Source: Vicugna vicugna (Eukaryota). Taken from it: DNA of 64,000 bases. Shown here in pieces: positions 1-11,725 of the stretch; position 1 is the first letter of the stretch, and each line of letters begins with the position of its first letter. Both the position numbers and the translations under genes were made by a program. The stretch is from contig MU061578.1 in assembly GCA_013265495.1 (NCBI GenBank), forward strand, positions 1,125,308 to 1,189,307, given 5' to 3'. The notes beneath the pieces were generated by a model. That model was not told where the DNA came from. It did not search any database and was given only the letters and a program-made list of their open reading frames with translations.

Positions 1-2968
1 TCCTTCAGACTCTGCCACTGTGCATTTCTTCTTGGCCAGGAGCTGGGAATTCAGTTATGGGAAATCTCATAGTAAATATCATGGACATGTGTTTGTCACT
101 TCGTAAATCCTCACTCTGTGCTTGACAGGACTCCAAGATCACCTTTTAAAGCTAATCTAGCTGAGGGAGAAGACAGCATTCTTAGCACTTCAACTCGAGT
201 CCGATATGACTGGCAATAAAGTCTGCCTAAACCCACATGATTGTCAGAGGTAGGCAACTCGCGTTTGAGTGCTTGCAAGTTTCTTTCTCACCAAAAAATA
301 CCTGCAAGCGAATATCTCATTTGCTAAAAATGCACTCAATGTACTTGTAAGGGGGTCTGTTGGCTTTATTTGATAATGCAAAGTCAGGCATATTACAGAC
401 ACAGCACACAATCTCAAAACTCCTACCTACTCCCCACCCTTAACTTAGCCAGATTCTTGCAGTGTAAACACCAAACACAAAGACATCAATCCCTTCTAAA
501 TCTATTTTACCTACAAAGTCTCCTTAGAATGACAATCAGTCTGTATCGGATGACTTACTCTGACAATAAATATTATGATACAGAGGGGATTTTTTTTTCC
601 TACATTAGACTATAAGCAAACATGTACCTAAATCTGCTAAACGTGTTAGTCAGTTCCTGGTGTCAGTTCAACTGAAAGGAAACATTCTACTCTCATCTGG
701 GTAGCCCTGCCACACCTGTGTTCAAAGGACATCTGCTGTTGACCCACCACGTTGACAGAATCATATAAGAAAGCCAGACAACCCTCCTGTATTCCACCAC
801 AAGCACCGAGGAATGGGCTCGCCAGCGACTGCCTTGCTTTCGGGTGTGTAAGCAGAATGTTATTTGCTCTTCAATAGTTGCTATGCACAGTTCCCTTTGT
901 GGTGAGGGTTCAATTCGCCTCCCAGAGATCCTCATTATGGTCCTATGCCCTTTTAAAAGACTCACGGGTCTCCTTTCCTTCCCTGTCTTTCTGCCCACCA
1001 CCAGAGACTGTAGGTCGGATGGCCAGGTTTGTGTCAATGCTGTTAATGACCAGAAAGGCTTGAAGATCCAGTTCTCCACATGTGTCACACACTGTAAACA
1101 CAGATGGCAGAGATACAAACATGGTGGGCAGAGACATACTATTACACGTTTTGCATTCACATTCGTAAGTTTTCATTCAATTGGAATTTTCCAAAATAGT
1201 CACCTGGCCAATCCTCATCTCCTTTACTATTTTCTCTGTCTCAGCCTGTGTCCTAATATCAGTGATACGGTGGCTAGAGGAAGCAGACGTAAAGGAAATG
1301 AAATGTTCCACGTGTAGTTTCTATCTCTACCTCATAAGAAAGTGGCATAATCCCCTTGCCCTCACACACACAAATACATACCACATTAGGAGGGTACAGG
1401 ATAAAGAGAGAAGTGCATTATTCTCCATATGAAAGGGAGAAGAGGGGTTTGCAGTTCTGGGGGCTGAAAGAGTGGGAGCCCAGGACAGTGGTGAGAAGCA
1501 GGGCAAATACGAGCTTTCCACGGAGCCACCGGAGTGAGAGGCTCTCCGTGCACATGCTATCATGTTACACACCCACAGTAAAGTCCACACCCAGCGGGGC
1601 CTCGGAAGCCCTACGTGGTACCTCCCCACCTGTCTCTTCCTCCTCGTTCACATCTCTCTTGTCTTGCATGTCGCCCCCTTCCCCACCATCCACACCGCCT
1701 CCTTTATCTTTCTTGAGCACATTGACAAGCCTCTTTTGGCTTTAGGGCTCCGGATTTCTGTCCTTCCACTAAGAACTTTGCTCACCCTGACCTTCACATG
1801 GAGAGACACCTTCCCATCCTTCAGTTTCGGCCTGCAACTGTTCATAACTCCTTGACTATGTACCGTTATCTCTCAACATGGTAAGGACAACGTATTCACT
1901 GATATTACTTGTTTTGGGGGGTGTGGGGTGGGGGGCGTGGATCTCTGCCAGCACAACCCTGTACATTTCACAAGCAGAGGGACTTGGACATCTTGTTTAC
2001 TAGCGCACTAGCGTCAAAAGCATGTTTGTTGCATAACATGAATGGCTCACCTGTCAACCACTGACAGAGAAGACAAGGGAAGAGAGGGGAAGGGAAGTCT
2101 AGAGGTCAAGTTGTAAGGGGGAAAAAAAAACTGCCAGTGAACAATCCCTGATGTCTGAGAAGACTGAGGAACTTTAACAAACAAGGATGCTAGTATTGAA
2201 GTCCGACTTGTTTTCCAGTACCATGATTCCGTCATCATCTCCAACTCCACAGTAGAAGTTGCTACACACAGTGACCTTGGAAGATGTTGCATGTTTGGGG
2301 AGGGGCTGAGGAAGGGGCAATAGATTAGAGGTGGGGGGATGTCACAGAGAACAGAAAATTGGAATGAACCATAACTGAGGAAGTAAGAAATCCCACCAGG
2401 TGTGAGCAGATACTCAGGAGGGGGAATGAACTTCCCACCCATGGACAAGGGCGGTGGCCCTTAAATGCAGTTTAAATATAGAAGGCTGGAGAAGTCCGAG
2501 GCACCCAGGCTGCAGATCTAAATGTTAATCAAAGATTGCGACAGTCTTAAAATACAACGTGAGTGATGTTTGAGAACACAGCACAGCTTGTGCAGCCCTA
2601 TGCAAAGCAGATGCAAATTGTATGTAAATGTGGGCATGTCCTCCTTGGCTAGTTCTGACTACAGGCCCCTTCAGGGGATTAGCTTTCTGGACACACTTAG
2701 ATTTCTAGTTAAATCAGTGTATGGGGAGCCACTCTGTGGTTTATCTAAGCGAGGAGGCTGCTTTTGCTGGGTTTTGAGGGGCTTTGGAGAAAGAGTCACT
2801 AAGAAGTTAATATTTGCAGAGGGACATGGGGAACTCAGAGCCACCATTTGTCAGCAAGACGGTGGCCTGGGACAGCTTCGGAGCTGTGAGGAGGATAAAC
2901 AGGACTGTGCTGGCTGAGAACTGACTGCAATCCCAGGGGCAACCCATATTGATTTCTTTTCTTTTGCA

Positions 2969-4207
2969 TTTTTTTAAATTGTGGTAAAATCTACATAACA
3001 TAAAATTTACCATTGAAACTATTTTTAAGTGTGCTGTTCAAGGGGGTTAAGTAGATTCTTATTGTGTTGCAAACATCACCACCATCCATCTCTAGAACTC
3101 TGCTCATTTACCAAACGGAGACTCCACCCTTACTAAACACTAACTCCCTGTTCCTCTCTTCCCTCCAGCCCCGGGCAACCATGCTTCTACTTCCTGTCTT
3201 TATGACTTTGACTACTCTAGGTGCCTCACGTAAGGAGAAAACACAGTATTTGCCATTTTGCGATTGGCTTATTTTGCTGTCTTCAAGGTTCATTCATGTC
3301 GCAGCATATGTCAGAATGTCTTCCCTTTTCAAGGATGAATAATATTCAATCGTATGGATATACTAAATTTTGCTTAGTCATTCATCTGTCGATGGGCACC
3401 CGGATTGCTTCCACATTTTAGCTGTCGTGATTAATGCTGCTATGAGCATGGATGTACAAATCTCTCTTCAAGATCCTTCTTTCAATTTTTTTGACTATAT
3501 ACCCAGAAGTTGAATCACTAGATCATTTGGAAATTTTATTTTTAAATTTTTTGATGGACTGTTGCACTGTTTTCCACAGCAGCTGCACAGTTTACATTCC
3601 CACCAAATGCATGAGAGTTTCAATTTCTCCACATTCTCACCAATGGTTATTTCTTGATTTTTTATAGTAGCCATCCTAATGGATATGAGGTAGAATCTCA
3701 CTTTGGTTTTGATTTGCACATCCCTAATGATTAGTGATGTTGAGCATCTTTTGATGTGCTTATCAACCATCTGTATATCTGCTTTGCAGAAATGTCTGTT
3801 GAAGTCTTTTGCACCCCACTTGCTTTTTTCCTTCTTCTGCATATATTTTTTCATTGAAGTATAGTCAGTCTACAATATTGTGTCAATTTCTGGTGTACAG
3901 CATAATGCTTCAATCATACATGAACGTACATATATTTGTTTCATATTCTTTTTCACCATAAGTTACTACAAGATATTGAATATAGTTCCCTGTGCTATAC
4001 AGTATGAACGCGTTGTTTATCTATTTTATATATAGTAGTTAGTGTCTGTAAATCTTGAACTCCCAATTTAATCCCTTCCCACCTTCTTCCCCTCTGGTAA
4101 CCGTAAGTTTGTTTTCTATGTCTGTGAGTCCGTTTCTGTTTTGTAAATAAGTTTATTTGACTTTTTCTTTTGCCCTTTTTTGAACTGGGTTTTTGTTGTT
4201 GTTGAGT
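2969..4207 (-). mobile_element. Old LINE-1 (L1M-type) 3' fragment, interrupted by a younger L1 at ~3813-4165
   Basis: Minus-strand ORF2 C-terminal remnants (ORF 3495..3854 'KRCSTSLIIRDVQIKTKVRFYL'; ORF 3108..3293 'LEDSKISQSQNGKYC') and an L1M-like 3'UTR. The sequence resumes at ~4166 (tttgccc...gggtttttgttgttgttgagt). Confidence 0.85.
3813..4165 (-). mobile_element. Young lineage-specific L1 3' end (camelid/cetartiodactyl type), nested
   Basis: Reverse complement of the recurring 3'UTR 'ctgtatagcacagggaac...tgtacaccagaaattgacac...gactatacttcaat'. Flanked by tcttttgc at 3805-3812 and 4166-4173. Confidence 0.85.
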
Positions 4208-4419
4208 AACCCACGTTGATTTTTTAAAAAAAGTTTTGCACACAGTTAAGTGATTCTAGTAGGAAGACTGTGAGAGATTCTTCTAAAGAAGATGTAGACC
4301 CTGCATCCATGCTCATCCTCCTAACCTAGGCTGTTTAGATTTTAATTGGCTCCCTGAATTTTTCAAAGTTCCATCAGTGTGAACTCCAACCTAAACCCCA
4401 CAATCAGCTCTGCACTTGC

Positions 4420-4860
4420 TAAGCCCATTCTCCACAATGCAGCTGGGATGAGCTTTGGAAATAAATATCAGATCATCATTCTCCTGCCAACATCAAACTA
4501 AGGTCTTCCTGCCTCCTCAGAATAAATCCCCATCTCTTAGTGAGCATGGCATCCAGGAACATACAGGACCTGCTCTTTCCCGTCTCTCTAACTTCATCTG
4601 GTGACACCTCTCCATCCTCTATCGCTATCCAATCCTTCCAACCTTCTTTTGTTCCTCAGTTACGCCATTTCGGTCAACTTTAGTGTCCCTTCTGCTTGGA
4701 ATGCTCCTCCCCCAGGGCTGTGCACACCTGACCCTTACCCCTCCCTTCCCAGAGTAACGTCACCTCTCACCTCAGTCCATCTCTCTGTTCTACTGTGTAC
4801 AGAGCAGCTTTTGCTTTCTGAAATTATTTTATATTTGTGTTTTCCGCCTTGATCTCATAA
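4420..4860 (+). mobile_element. L2 fragment
   Basis: Degenerate L2 3' motifs (tcagatcat..., ctcagaataaatcc, tgcttggaatgctcctccc). Confidence 0.55.
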
Positions 4861-4861
4861 G

Positions 4862-5325
4862 CTTGGGCTTGGTTGCTGTTTACTCAGTTCCCAAATAACT
4901 GTGGCTTAAACAAAATATAAGGTTTATTTTTCTCTCCCATAAAGTAAGTTTAGGACAAGACAGTCTTGTTGCTCCTTTCACTTTTCTGTTCCACCATCCT
5001 TAGGACATAGAATCCATCCTCAAAGACATCTCAATGTCACCTAGTTTCTTAGAGCAGAAGAGAGAAAGGGAGACAGGGCACGTGGATGTTGGTGTTGCAA
5101 GTCAGCCAGCCCCTGTTAAAGGGCTTTCCCAGAGACCACACCTAGTAATTTTCATTGCCCTCTTGTTGGTGATCCCACTCTGCTAGGAAAGCTGGAGGAG
5201 ACAGTATAACTTTCTTTTAATCTGGGCATCTTGGCTATGACTAAGGGACCTATTGCCAAGGGGTCGATTATTAAGGAAGAAGGGATAAACAGCGGTTGGT
5301 AGGCAGCTGGCAGTTTCCATCACAA
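4862..5325 (-). mobile_element. MLT1-type (ERVL-MaLR) LTR remnant
   Basis: 'aaataactgtggcttaaacaaaatataaggtttattttctctc' resembles the reverse-strand terminus of old MLT1 LTRs. Confidence 0.55.
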
Positions 5326-6677
5326 TTCCTTCTTGATTTTTTTTTTCCTCAACCAGAAAAGGCGAGCTCCATGCAAGCAGTGATCTTGTCCGTGTGCCAT
5401 AATGCAGTCTCCCCAGCGCCTGCTGCAGTGTCTGATGGGCACATCACAAGCAGAGGTGCAACAGACATTTGCTGAATAACCATGCAGCACAGTAGTGGCT
5501 TTTCATTTCCCACGGGGTGTTTAAGAACACACGTGGCTGCTTTCTGCTGCATTCAGATACTCCCAGAAGACAGGCCACCCCCTTTCCCGCTCTCCTCCCT
5601 GGGAAAAACCACCCTCCTTACTTACATCTGAGGGTCGAAAAATCATTCTTAGTCTGTAAGAAGAGTGGGGCTTCCTTCCTAAAAATCACTGCTGCCTAGA
5701 GTTTAGCATTTTGTTCTACATGGAGCCCAATTTTTCGAGCAGAACAATTCAAACCTCTTTTCTTTGACACTATGTGTTCATGTCCCTGACAATAAAATAT
5801 AGCTACAGTCTGACTTTGAGATTTTTCTCCTGAATTTTCCAGGAATCTGGCTCTCTAATTTTTGCCATCCACTTTCTGAGCACATTCAAGAACAGGTGAT
5901 TGCAAAAGTGGCCCCACAATGTTCTTTATTGTCTGATTTTGTTCCAGCCCCACTCAGACAATTGATGCCACATGTGGAGCTCTCAGTGCCATCCCTCCAG
6001 ATAGTACCACGCAAATGGCATGATAAGTGTTTGGTTGTGTTAAAGCTTCAAACCCTTCAGGTGTCTGCTACCTAGTACAGGCAGACATCCATTTCCAAAA
6101 ACGTTTTAAAGTGCCTGATTCAGAACCCACCTTGAAAACATTCCTCATCTATTACTTTTTAACCGATTACCATTCGATTTTTCAAATGATAAAACAGAAA
6201 AACCTTTAAACACTCGGTGGATCCTGAATTATTAAACATAAAAGGGCACTTTGGTGTATTTATTATCACACTGGAGGAAATCTTGTCTGGTTTAAGCTCT
6301 AGCTCCTTAAAATGTCCCCTCTACGCTGAAGTGGAGTTAAAAATGCATTGCCATAAAACTCCAACCATTTCCAATTTTCTCATCATTGGTTCCTGACATT
6401 ATGAGCTGTCACCTTCCCAGGCTGCAACTTCCTCTGGGGAGGAGGATGGTCACGTGATGTTGGTGGTCATACTTCACTGGCCCCTAGGAACTGAAATTGA
6501 GCCCTGGTGCTCGGAGCAGCCTCCTTTTCCACTCTCCAGATGGACTTTGCTTCTCCAAGGATCAATTTCCAGGAGCTTCTTGCAAGCACAGTTTTTACTA
6601 TGCGAACTATGGGCAATGCAGCAAACCCCATATCCTTGGAACCTACGTGGAGTGTTACTTATGCTAGTGCTCCCCCC

Positions 6678-7271
6678 TTTTTTAAAAACGCAGGTGAAAT
6701 TCACGCAATGTGAAATTAACCATTTTAAACCATACAGTTCAGTGGCATTTATTATATTCACGTATTGAACAACCAACACCTGTATTTAGTTTCAAAACAT
6801 TTTCATCATCCCCCAAGAAAAATCCATACCTGTTAGGCAGTCAGTTCTTAGTCCCCCCTCCCCTAGAAAATACCATTCCGCTTTCTGTCTCTGTGGTCTT
6901 CCAATTCTGGACATTTCCTATAAATAAAATCTTACAATATGTGACCGTCTGTGTCTGACTTGTTTCGCTGAACATGCTGTTTTCAAGTTTCATCCCTGTT
7001 GTAGCATGTAGTACGTCACTACTTTTTATGGTTGAATAATATTCCACCATATGGGTGGACCACATTTTGTTTATCCATTCTTCCCCTGAAGGGCATCGAG
7101 GTTGTTTCCAACATTTGTGTACTGAGAACAATGTATGAACCTTTAGGTACAAATTTTTGTTTGAATAGTTGTGTTCAGTTCTCTTGGGTTGATGTCTAGG
7201 AGTCGAATTGCTAAGTACTATGGTAACTCTCTGCTTACCTTTTTGAGGAACCACGAGACTGCTTTCCACAA
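6678..7271 (-). mobile_element. Old LINE-1 (L1MB/MC-like) 3' fragment
   Basis: ORF 6841..7269 contains the L1 ORF2 C-terminal motif 'WKQPRCPSGEEWINKMWSTHMVEYYSTIK...HATTGMKLEN', followed by an L1M 3'UTR. Confidence 0.88.
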
Positions 7272-7879
7272 TGTGATAGTACTTTCTGTTCAGGGATTTT
7301 TATACTCTCTCCCACTGATGCCTTTTTTTAACTTAGAAGTCAAGAAAAGGTCACTCCAGAAACAGAAAGATGCTCTGGAATTCCCAAAAGCAGGTGTTAT
7401 AATCCACAGCAAGCTCACCCTTCCCTGTTTCAAATGTAACAATATACGCCACAAGATACCAAGAACCAGGAACCAAGAACCATAGTTTTCCTTATTCTTT
7501 TTCTTCATCCCCTTGAGGAAGAGCTGTGTAGCAGGCTTGGAGGGACCACATCTGTATTTAGTTTCAACAGCCTGGAGAAACCAGAGACTCTTGGTTGAAA
7601 GGTATGTTGGAGGTGGGATGAAGGGAAAAGGAACAATGGATGGAGACAAAAATAAACAAACAAACAAACCAGTGCATGTATTCAGGTGTCAGACAACAAG
7701 GAAAAAGTAGCCTGGCTACTCAGGTGGGGTCCGATGTACACATCTGAAATAGAGTCTTTTGCATTCTCCTTAAAATTGCCCTGACTTGCATACAAATATG
7801 ATACTACTGGCTTTATATAGTTCAGATAACCCAACTTCCCCTCTGCACACCACTCTAACTATATTTAGCATATTTATCT

Positions 7880-8262
7880 TTGGCTCAGAATGCTACTTCC
7901 CTTTCCCCTTGCAAATGCTGTCCTCTTTGCTTGAAACATCCTTCCACAAATCGTCTGTCTGAAAAATGCCTGCCCACCCTCAAAACCCTGTTCAGGAATC
8001 ACCTCTTTCCTCCCTCCCTCCTTCCAAGACACCCTTTTCAGCAGGACTCTTGCCCTCAAGGACATATATGTCATTCAATTTTACTTATAGTTACACGTGT
8101 CTGTCTCCCCTTCCTAACTATGTGTTCTTCGAAGGCAGGGATCCTGACTTCCTCTGAATTTTATCTGAGGATAAAAAGATCCACTTCTCAGGGCTGTCGC
8201 CAGGGTGAAGTGAACTCACACATTTAAAGGTGGCACATTGTAGGTACTTCATAAATGTCTGC
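7880..8262 (+). mobile_element. L2 3' fragment
   Basis: 'gaaggcagggatcctg...ggcacattgtaggtacttcataaatgtctg' resembles the L2 3' end. Confidence 0.55.
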
Positions 8263-8523
8263 AAAGCATTTGGATCTTCAGACACCTACACTATCAAGGT
8301 TGGCAATGGTCCAAACAAAAGATGCTTCTTGATTGTGTACTGTGAGGCACGTCTGGTACATGGGGCTGGGGAGAGAGGAGAAGAGAGGTGCAGGAAAGTT
8401 GGGTAAAAGATTCACTAGAGATCTTCAGAATGAAAGGTGAGGATGAATGTAACACAGCCGGCAACATGAGCAGTAATTTTATGACACATACATGCACCAA
8501 AGAGATTGAGCCATCCTACATCA

Positions 8524-8525
<2 letters not shown>

Positions 8526-8561
<36 letters not shown>
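8526..8561. repeat. (ATT)12 microsatellite
   Basis: Perfect 36-bp trinucleotide run. It explains the poly-Ile in ORFs 8388..8636 and 8516..8701. Confidence 0.97.
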
Positions 8562-8565
<4 letters not shown>

Positions 8566-9655
8566 CCTTGACTGTGGGATACACTGACTTATCCTTCAGA
8601 ATCACAGAAGCCTGCGCCTTTGCTTTCTTTGGATGAATAAAAGGAGGAGGAAAAAGAAGAGAGAAAGGAGGAGGATGAAGAGAGGGGAGGAGGGAAATCA
8701 AAACAAAACAAAATCAGTAACCAATGAGGCTTCAAAACTTCCTCTGAGAGGCTGAAAAAGATGATACTCATAGTTTTAGATGCTCAGCACTTAGGAGAAA
8801 GTCCTTAGGTTCTGCTACAAACAGCAAAGCGACCAAGAATGAAAGGAAAACCATCTTGCCTGTGCTAAGCTGCATTTAGTAATCCACTGGTAAGAGATAC
8901 AAGCCAGGTACCTTTCTTCACATCAGGAGCATTTAAGGCACCAGTTAACCTTCTAAACTCGCATTGTTGAGTCACTGCCTTGTTCTGCTGGACTATACAA
9001 CAGGTGTCATACAGATGTCAGATGTCTGCCCCTGCCCATGCAAGGCAAGGATGCTCATCTCCTCTGACCTGTCCTTTGCATGGTGGACAAAAGTTTGCAC
9101 TCCACTTCATTAGTAGAATCAGTTAGGGTTGACAGCACAACCAAAATTCTAACATGGAGCCATACCCTGCAAGCCTGTGAGATGAGGTATCATCAAAGAC
9201 CATGAGCCTCAGCAAGAGGTGTTCTTTCCCATTGTCAAATATAAGGCTATGCTCTGGGACGGCTGGACCACTCGCAGGGTACAGGCTCAACCCCTAAAAT
9301 GGCAAGTCCAAGGCCAGACTCGATTCAAGGCATAAAACACAGCCTGGTGAACAGACAGTAAGGGTTTTTTTTTTTTAACAGAGATCAGAAAATATGTATT
9401 TTAGATATTTTGTTGCTAGAATTAGCAGAACAATGAGCAGCTAATTAAGGACCAATGGATTTAGTTACTCCCAATCAAATTTTACTGTTGCAAAGATGTT
9501 TCATCTGTCGTATGGTCTCTACTCTCTGAATGCAGTGAAATTACTTATTTCTGGTGAAGAGGTAGAAAACCAAGTGGATTCAAAGACGGGCCTTAGTAAT
9601 GAACATCTCTTTAGCAATTAGAGCCAACACTTTGAAATCTTCAGCCCCAAAGAAC

Positions 9656-10168
9656 CAGATGTTCCCAAACCTAAGCCATTCTTCTGCCACTGTCACTAAA
9701 TGGCCACCATGTGTCATAATGATAAACTATCAGCTGCTTAAAATATCTTTACACTGATGTAGTTTGCTTCCACTGAACTACATTGTTTCTAAAAGACAAC
9801 TTTATATCAATACTATGAATGCAAAAGGGAAAAAAAATTACTTATTCCAAATAGAGTAACCATAAAATAAATACAATACAATCATAAGTTATTAACATTT
9901 TGCTATTATTACCTGCAGACACAGAGCCTCAGGCCTGCACTTAATTACTAAAAATGCTGAGAAGGATGCTGAAAGTATTAGAAAGATGTTTAAGGACAGC
10001 CTAGCACCAAGCAGACTTTCTCACTGACATAAACAGGGACATGGAAAGAAAACTGAAAAGGGGAATAACTTCTTCACCAAATGATTGATTTCATTTTAGT
10101 TAATAGCATCTCTGTGTGCCACCTAAATCTATAATAATCAGATGGGATTTATAATTTGGGAAAGGCAT
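9656..10168. mobile_element. Possible degraded hAT-Charlie DNA transposon remnant
   Basis: Imperfect terminal inverted motifs cagatgttcccaaac and atttgggaaaggcat resemble Charlie TIRs. The interior is AT-rich. Confidence 0.35.
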
Positions 10169-10359
10169 TTTTTAGCCATTTTTTTAAAAAGGTAGACACA
10201 ATTGTCTTTTCAACTGCTATTACAGTATCTTATCTTTCTAGTTACCTCTCCAAGAAAATTTCAGGTCTCACTCTTTCTTTCTCATGACAACGCTTCTTCC
10301 AATTTTAAGTTATTTAAACCCACTGCACTACTACCTTCTCCGTCAACACTTGCTATGGT

Positions 10360-10612
10360 AGAGCGTAGTGCTAAGACACCGGGCTGCCTGCCCACCCTGT
10401 TATTTCAGAGCATGGACCCAGTATGTCTAATGCTCTGCTCGGCTGCACACCAGCTGTGCCCACTGGAGAAGCTCACCTCTCTCTGCTCAGTTTCCTCACC
10501 TATAACGCAGGGTACAGTGTAGTGCGACCTCACTGGACAGAGGAAAGTAATACCCGTAAAATGCTTATAGCATTGAAAGACCATGTAAGCATATAAGCAT
10601 TTGCTGCTGTAT
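10360..10612 (+). mobile_element. MIR SINE
   Basis: MIR core 'cctctctctgctcagtttcctcacctataa' and 3' 'gtaaaatgcttatagca'. Confidence 0.7.
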
Positions 10613-10624
10613 TGATCATTTGTC

Positions 10625-11151
10625 TGTATTTTGTTTCCTGTTGCTGCTACCACAAATCACCATGAACAACACAAATGTGTTATCTTACACTCTGTAGTTC
10701 AGAAATCTGATGCAGGTCGCACTGAGCTATAATTCAGGTTGTCGGTGGGGCTTGTTCCTTTTTGGAGCCTTGAGGGTTGGATCTGGGATCTTGCCTTTTC
10801 CAGATTTCAGAGGCTGCCTGCGTGTCTTGGCAGGTGCCTCCCTTCCATTTGAAAGACAATAATGGGCTGTCAAGTTTCTTCTCGAAAAGCATCACTCTGA
10901 CGCTCTCTTTTCTCTTGCCTCCCTGTTCCACTTATAAAGACCCCTGTAATCATACTGGTTCCATCCAGATAATACAGGATACTCTCTCCATCCCAAGGCC
11001 ATCTGATCAGCAAGGTTAATTCTATTTGCAAATCCTAATTCTTTTCTGCCGTGTAATCTAACATATTCACAGGTTTCAAGGATTAGATTTGGACGTGGAC
11101 ATATTTGCCAGGGTGGGGTGGGTCGGGGAGGCGTGATTTTTGGCTATCGCA
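10625..11151 (-). mobile_element. MLT1D-like solo LTR (ERVL-MaLR)
   Basis: TG...CA termini (tgtattttgtttcctgttgctgct ... ggctatcgca) and internal 'catattcacaggtttcaaggattag...gtggacat'. The 5-bp flanks ttgtc/ctgtc match 4/5, consistent with a TSD. Confidence 0.85.
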
Positions 11152-11339
11152 CTGTCAAACTGTAAGACAGCTATCCATGCAAAGTAGAGTGGATGAGACT
11201 CCCTTTCTCCCTGCTTTTATGTTGTTCTCAGAGAGGACATGGGACTGTCCACATTAGATGTGTTAAGCAGGTGACCCTTGAACTCAGCTTCTCCTATTAG
11301 CATGTTTTATCTATCTCACACTTTTTTTTATTGCTTATA

Positions 11340-11725
11340 CACCTATTTTTACTTCGAAATAATTTTAGATTTGCAGTAAGACTTCAAAAATAAGCATGAC
11401 TGGGACATTGTGCTGTACACCAGAAACTGACACATTGCAACTGACTGTACTTCAATTATAAAAAAACCATAGTAATAGTACTGCAGAGAATGTCTGTGTG
11501 TCTCTTGCCCAGCTCCCCCCAATGTTAACATCTTATTTAATCTTAGTACAATGATCTGAAACAGGAAGTTAACATTGGTACAATACTGTTAACTAAACAG
11601 CAGACCATAGTAGGATTTTGTTAGTTTCGTTTTGCTTTTTTTTTTTTTTTAATATACGACTTGTTTCTGTGCCAGGATCCCATCCAGGTCCCACCTTGCA
11701 TTTTGCTACTATGTCCCTTTAGTCT
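11340..11725 (-). mobile_element. Old L1 (L1MB7/8-like) 3'UTR fragment
   Basis: Motifs 'aataattttagattt', 'aacattggtacaatactgttaactaaa' and 'ccaggatcccatccagg'. Confidence 0.7.
11393..11466 (+). mobile_element. Very short young L1 3' tip nested in old L1
   Basis: 'catgactgggacattgtgctgtacaccagaaactgacacattgcaactgactgtacttcaatt' plus A-tail, closely matching 24736-24790. Confidence 0.85.

Noticed and set aside
693..1317. Overlapping 155-aa and 157-aa ORFs on opposite strands
   Set aside because: No recognisable homology, Cys/Leu/Ser-rich composition typical of random frames, and no exon or promoter context.
8388..8701. ORFs with poly-Ile hydrophobic stretch
   Set aside because: Translation of the (ATT)12 microsatellite.
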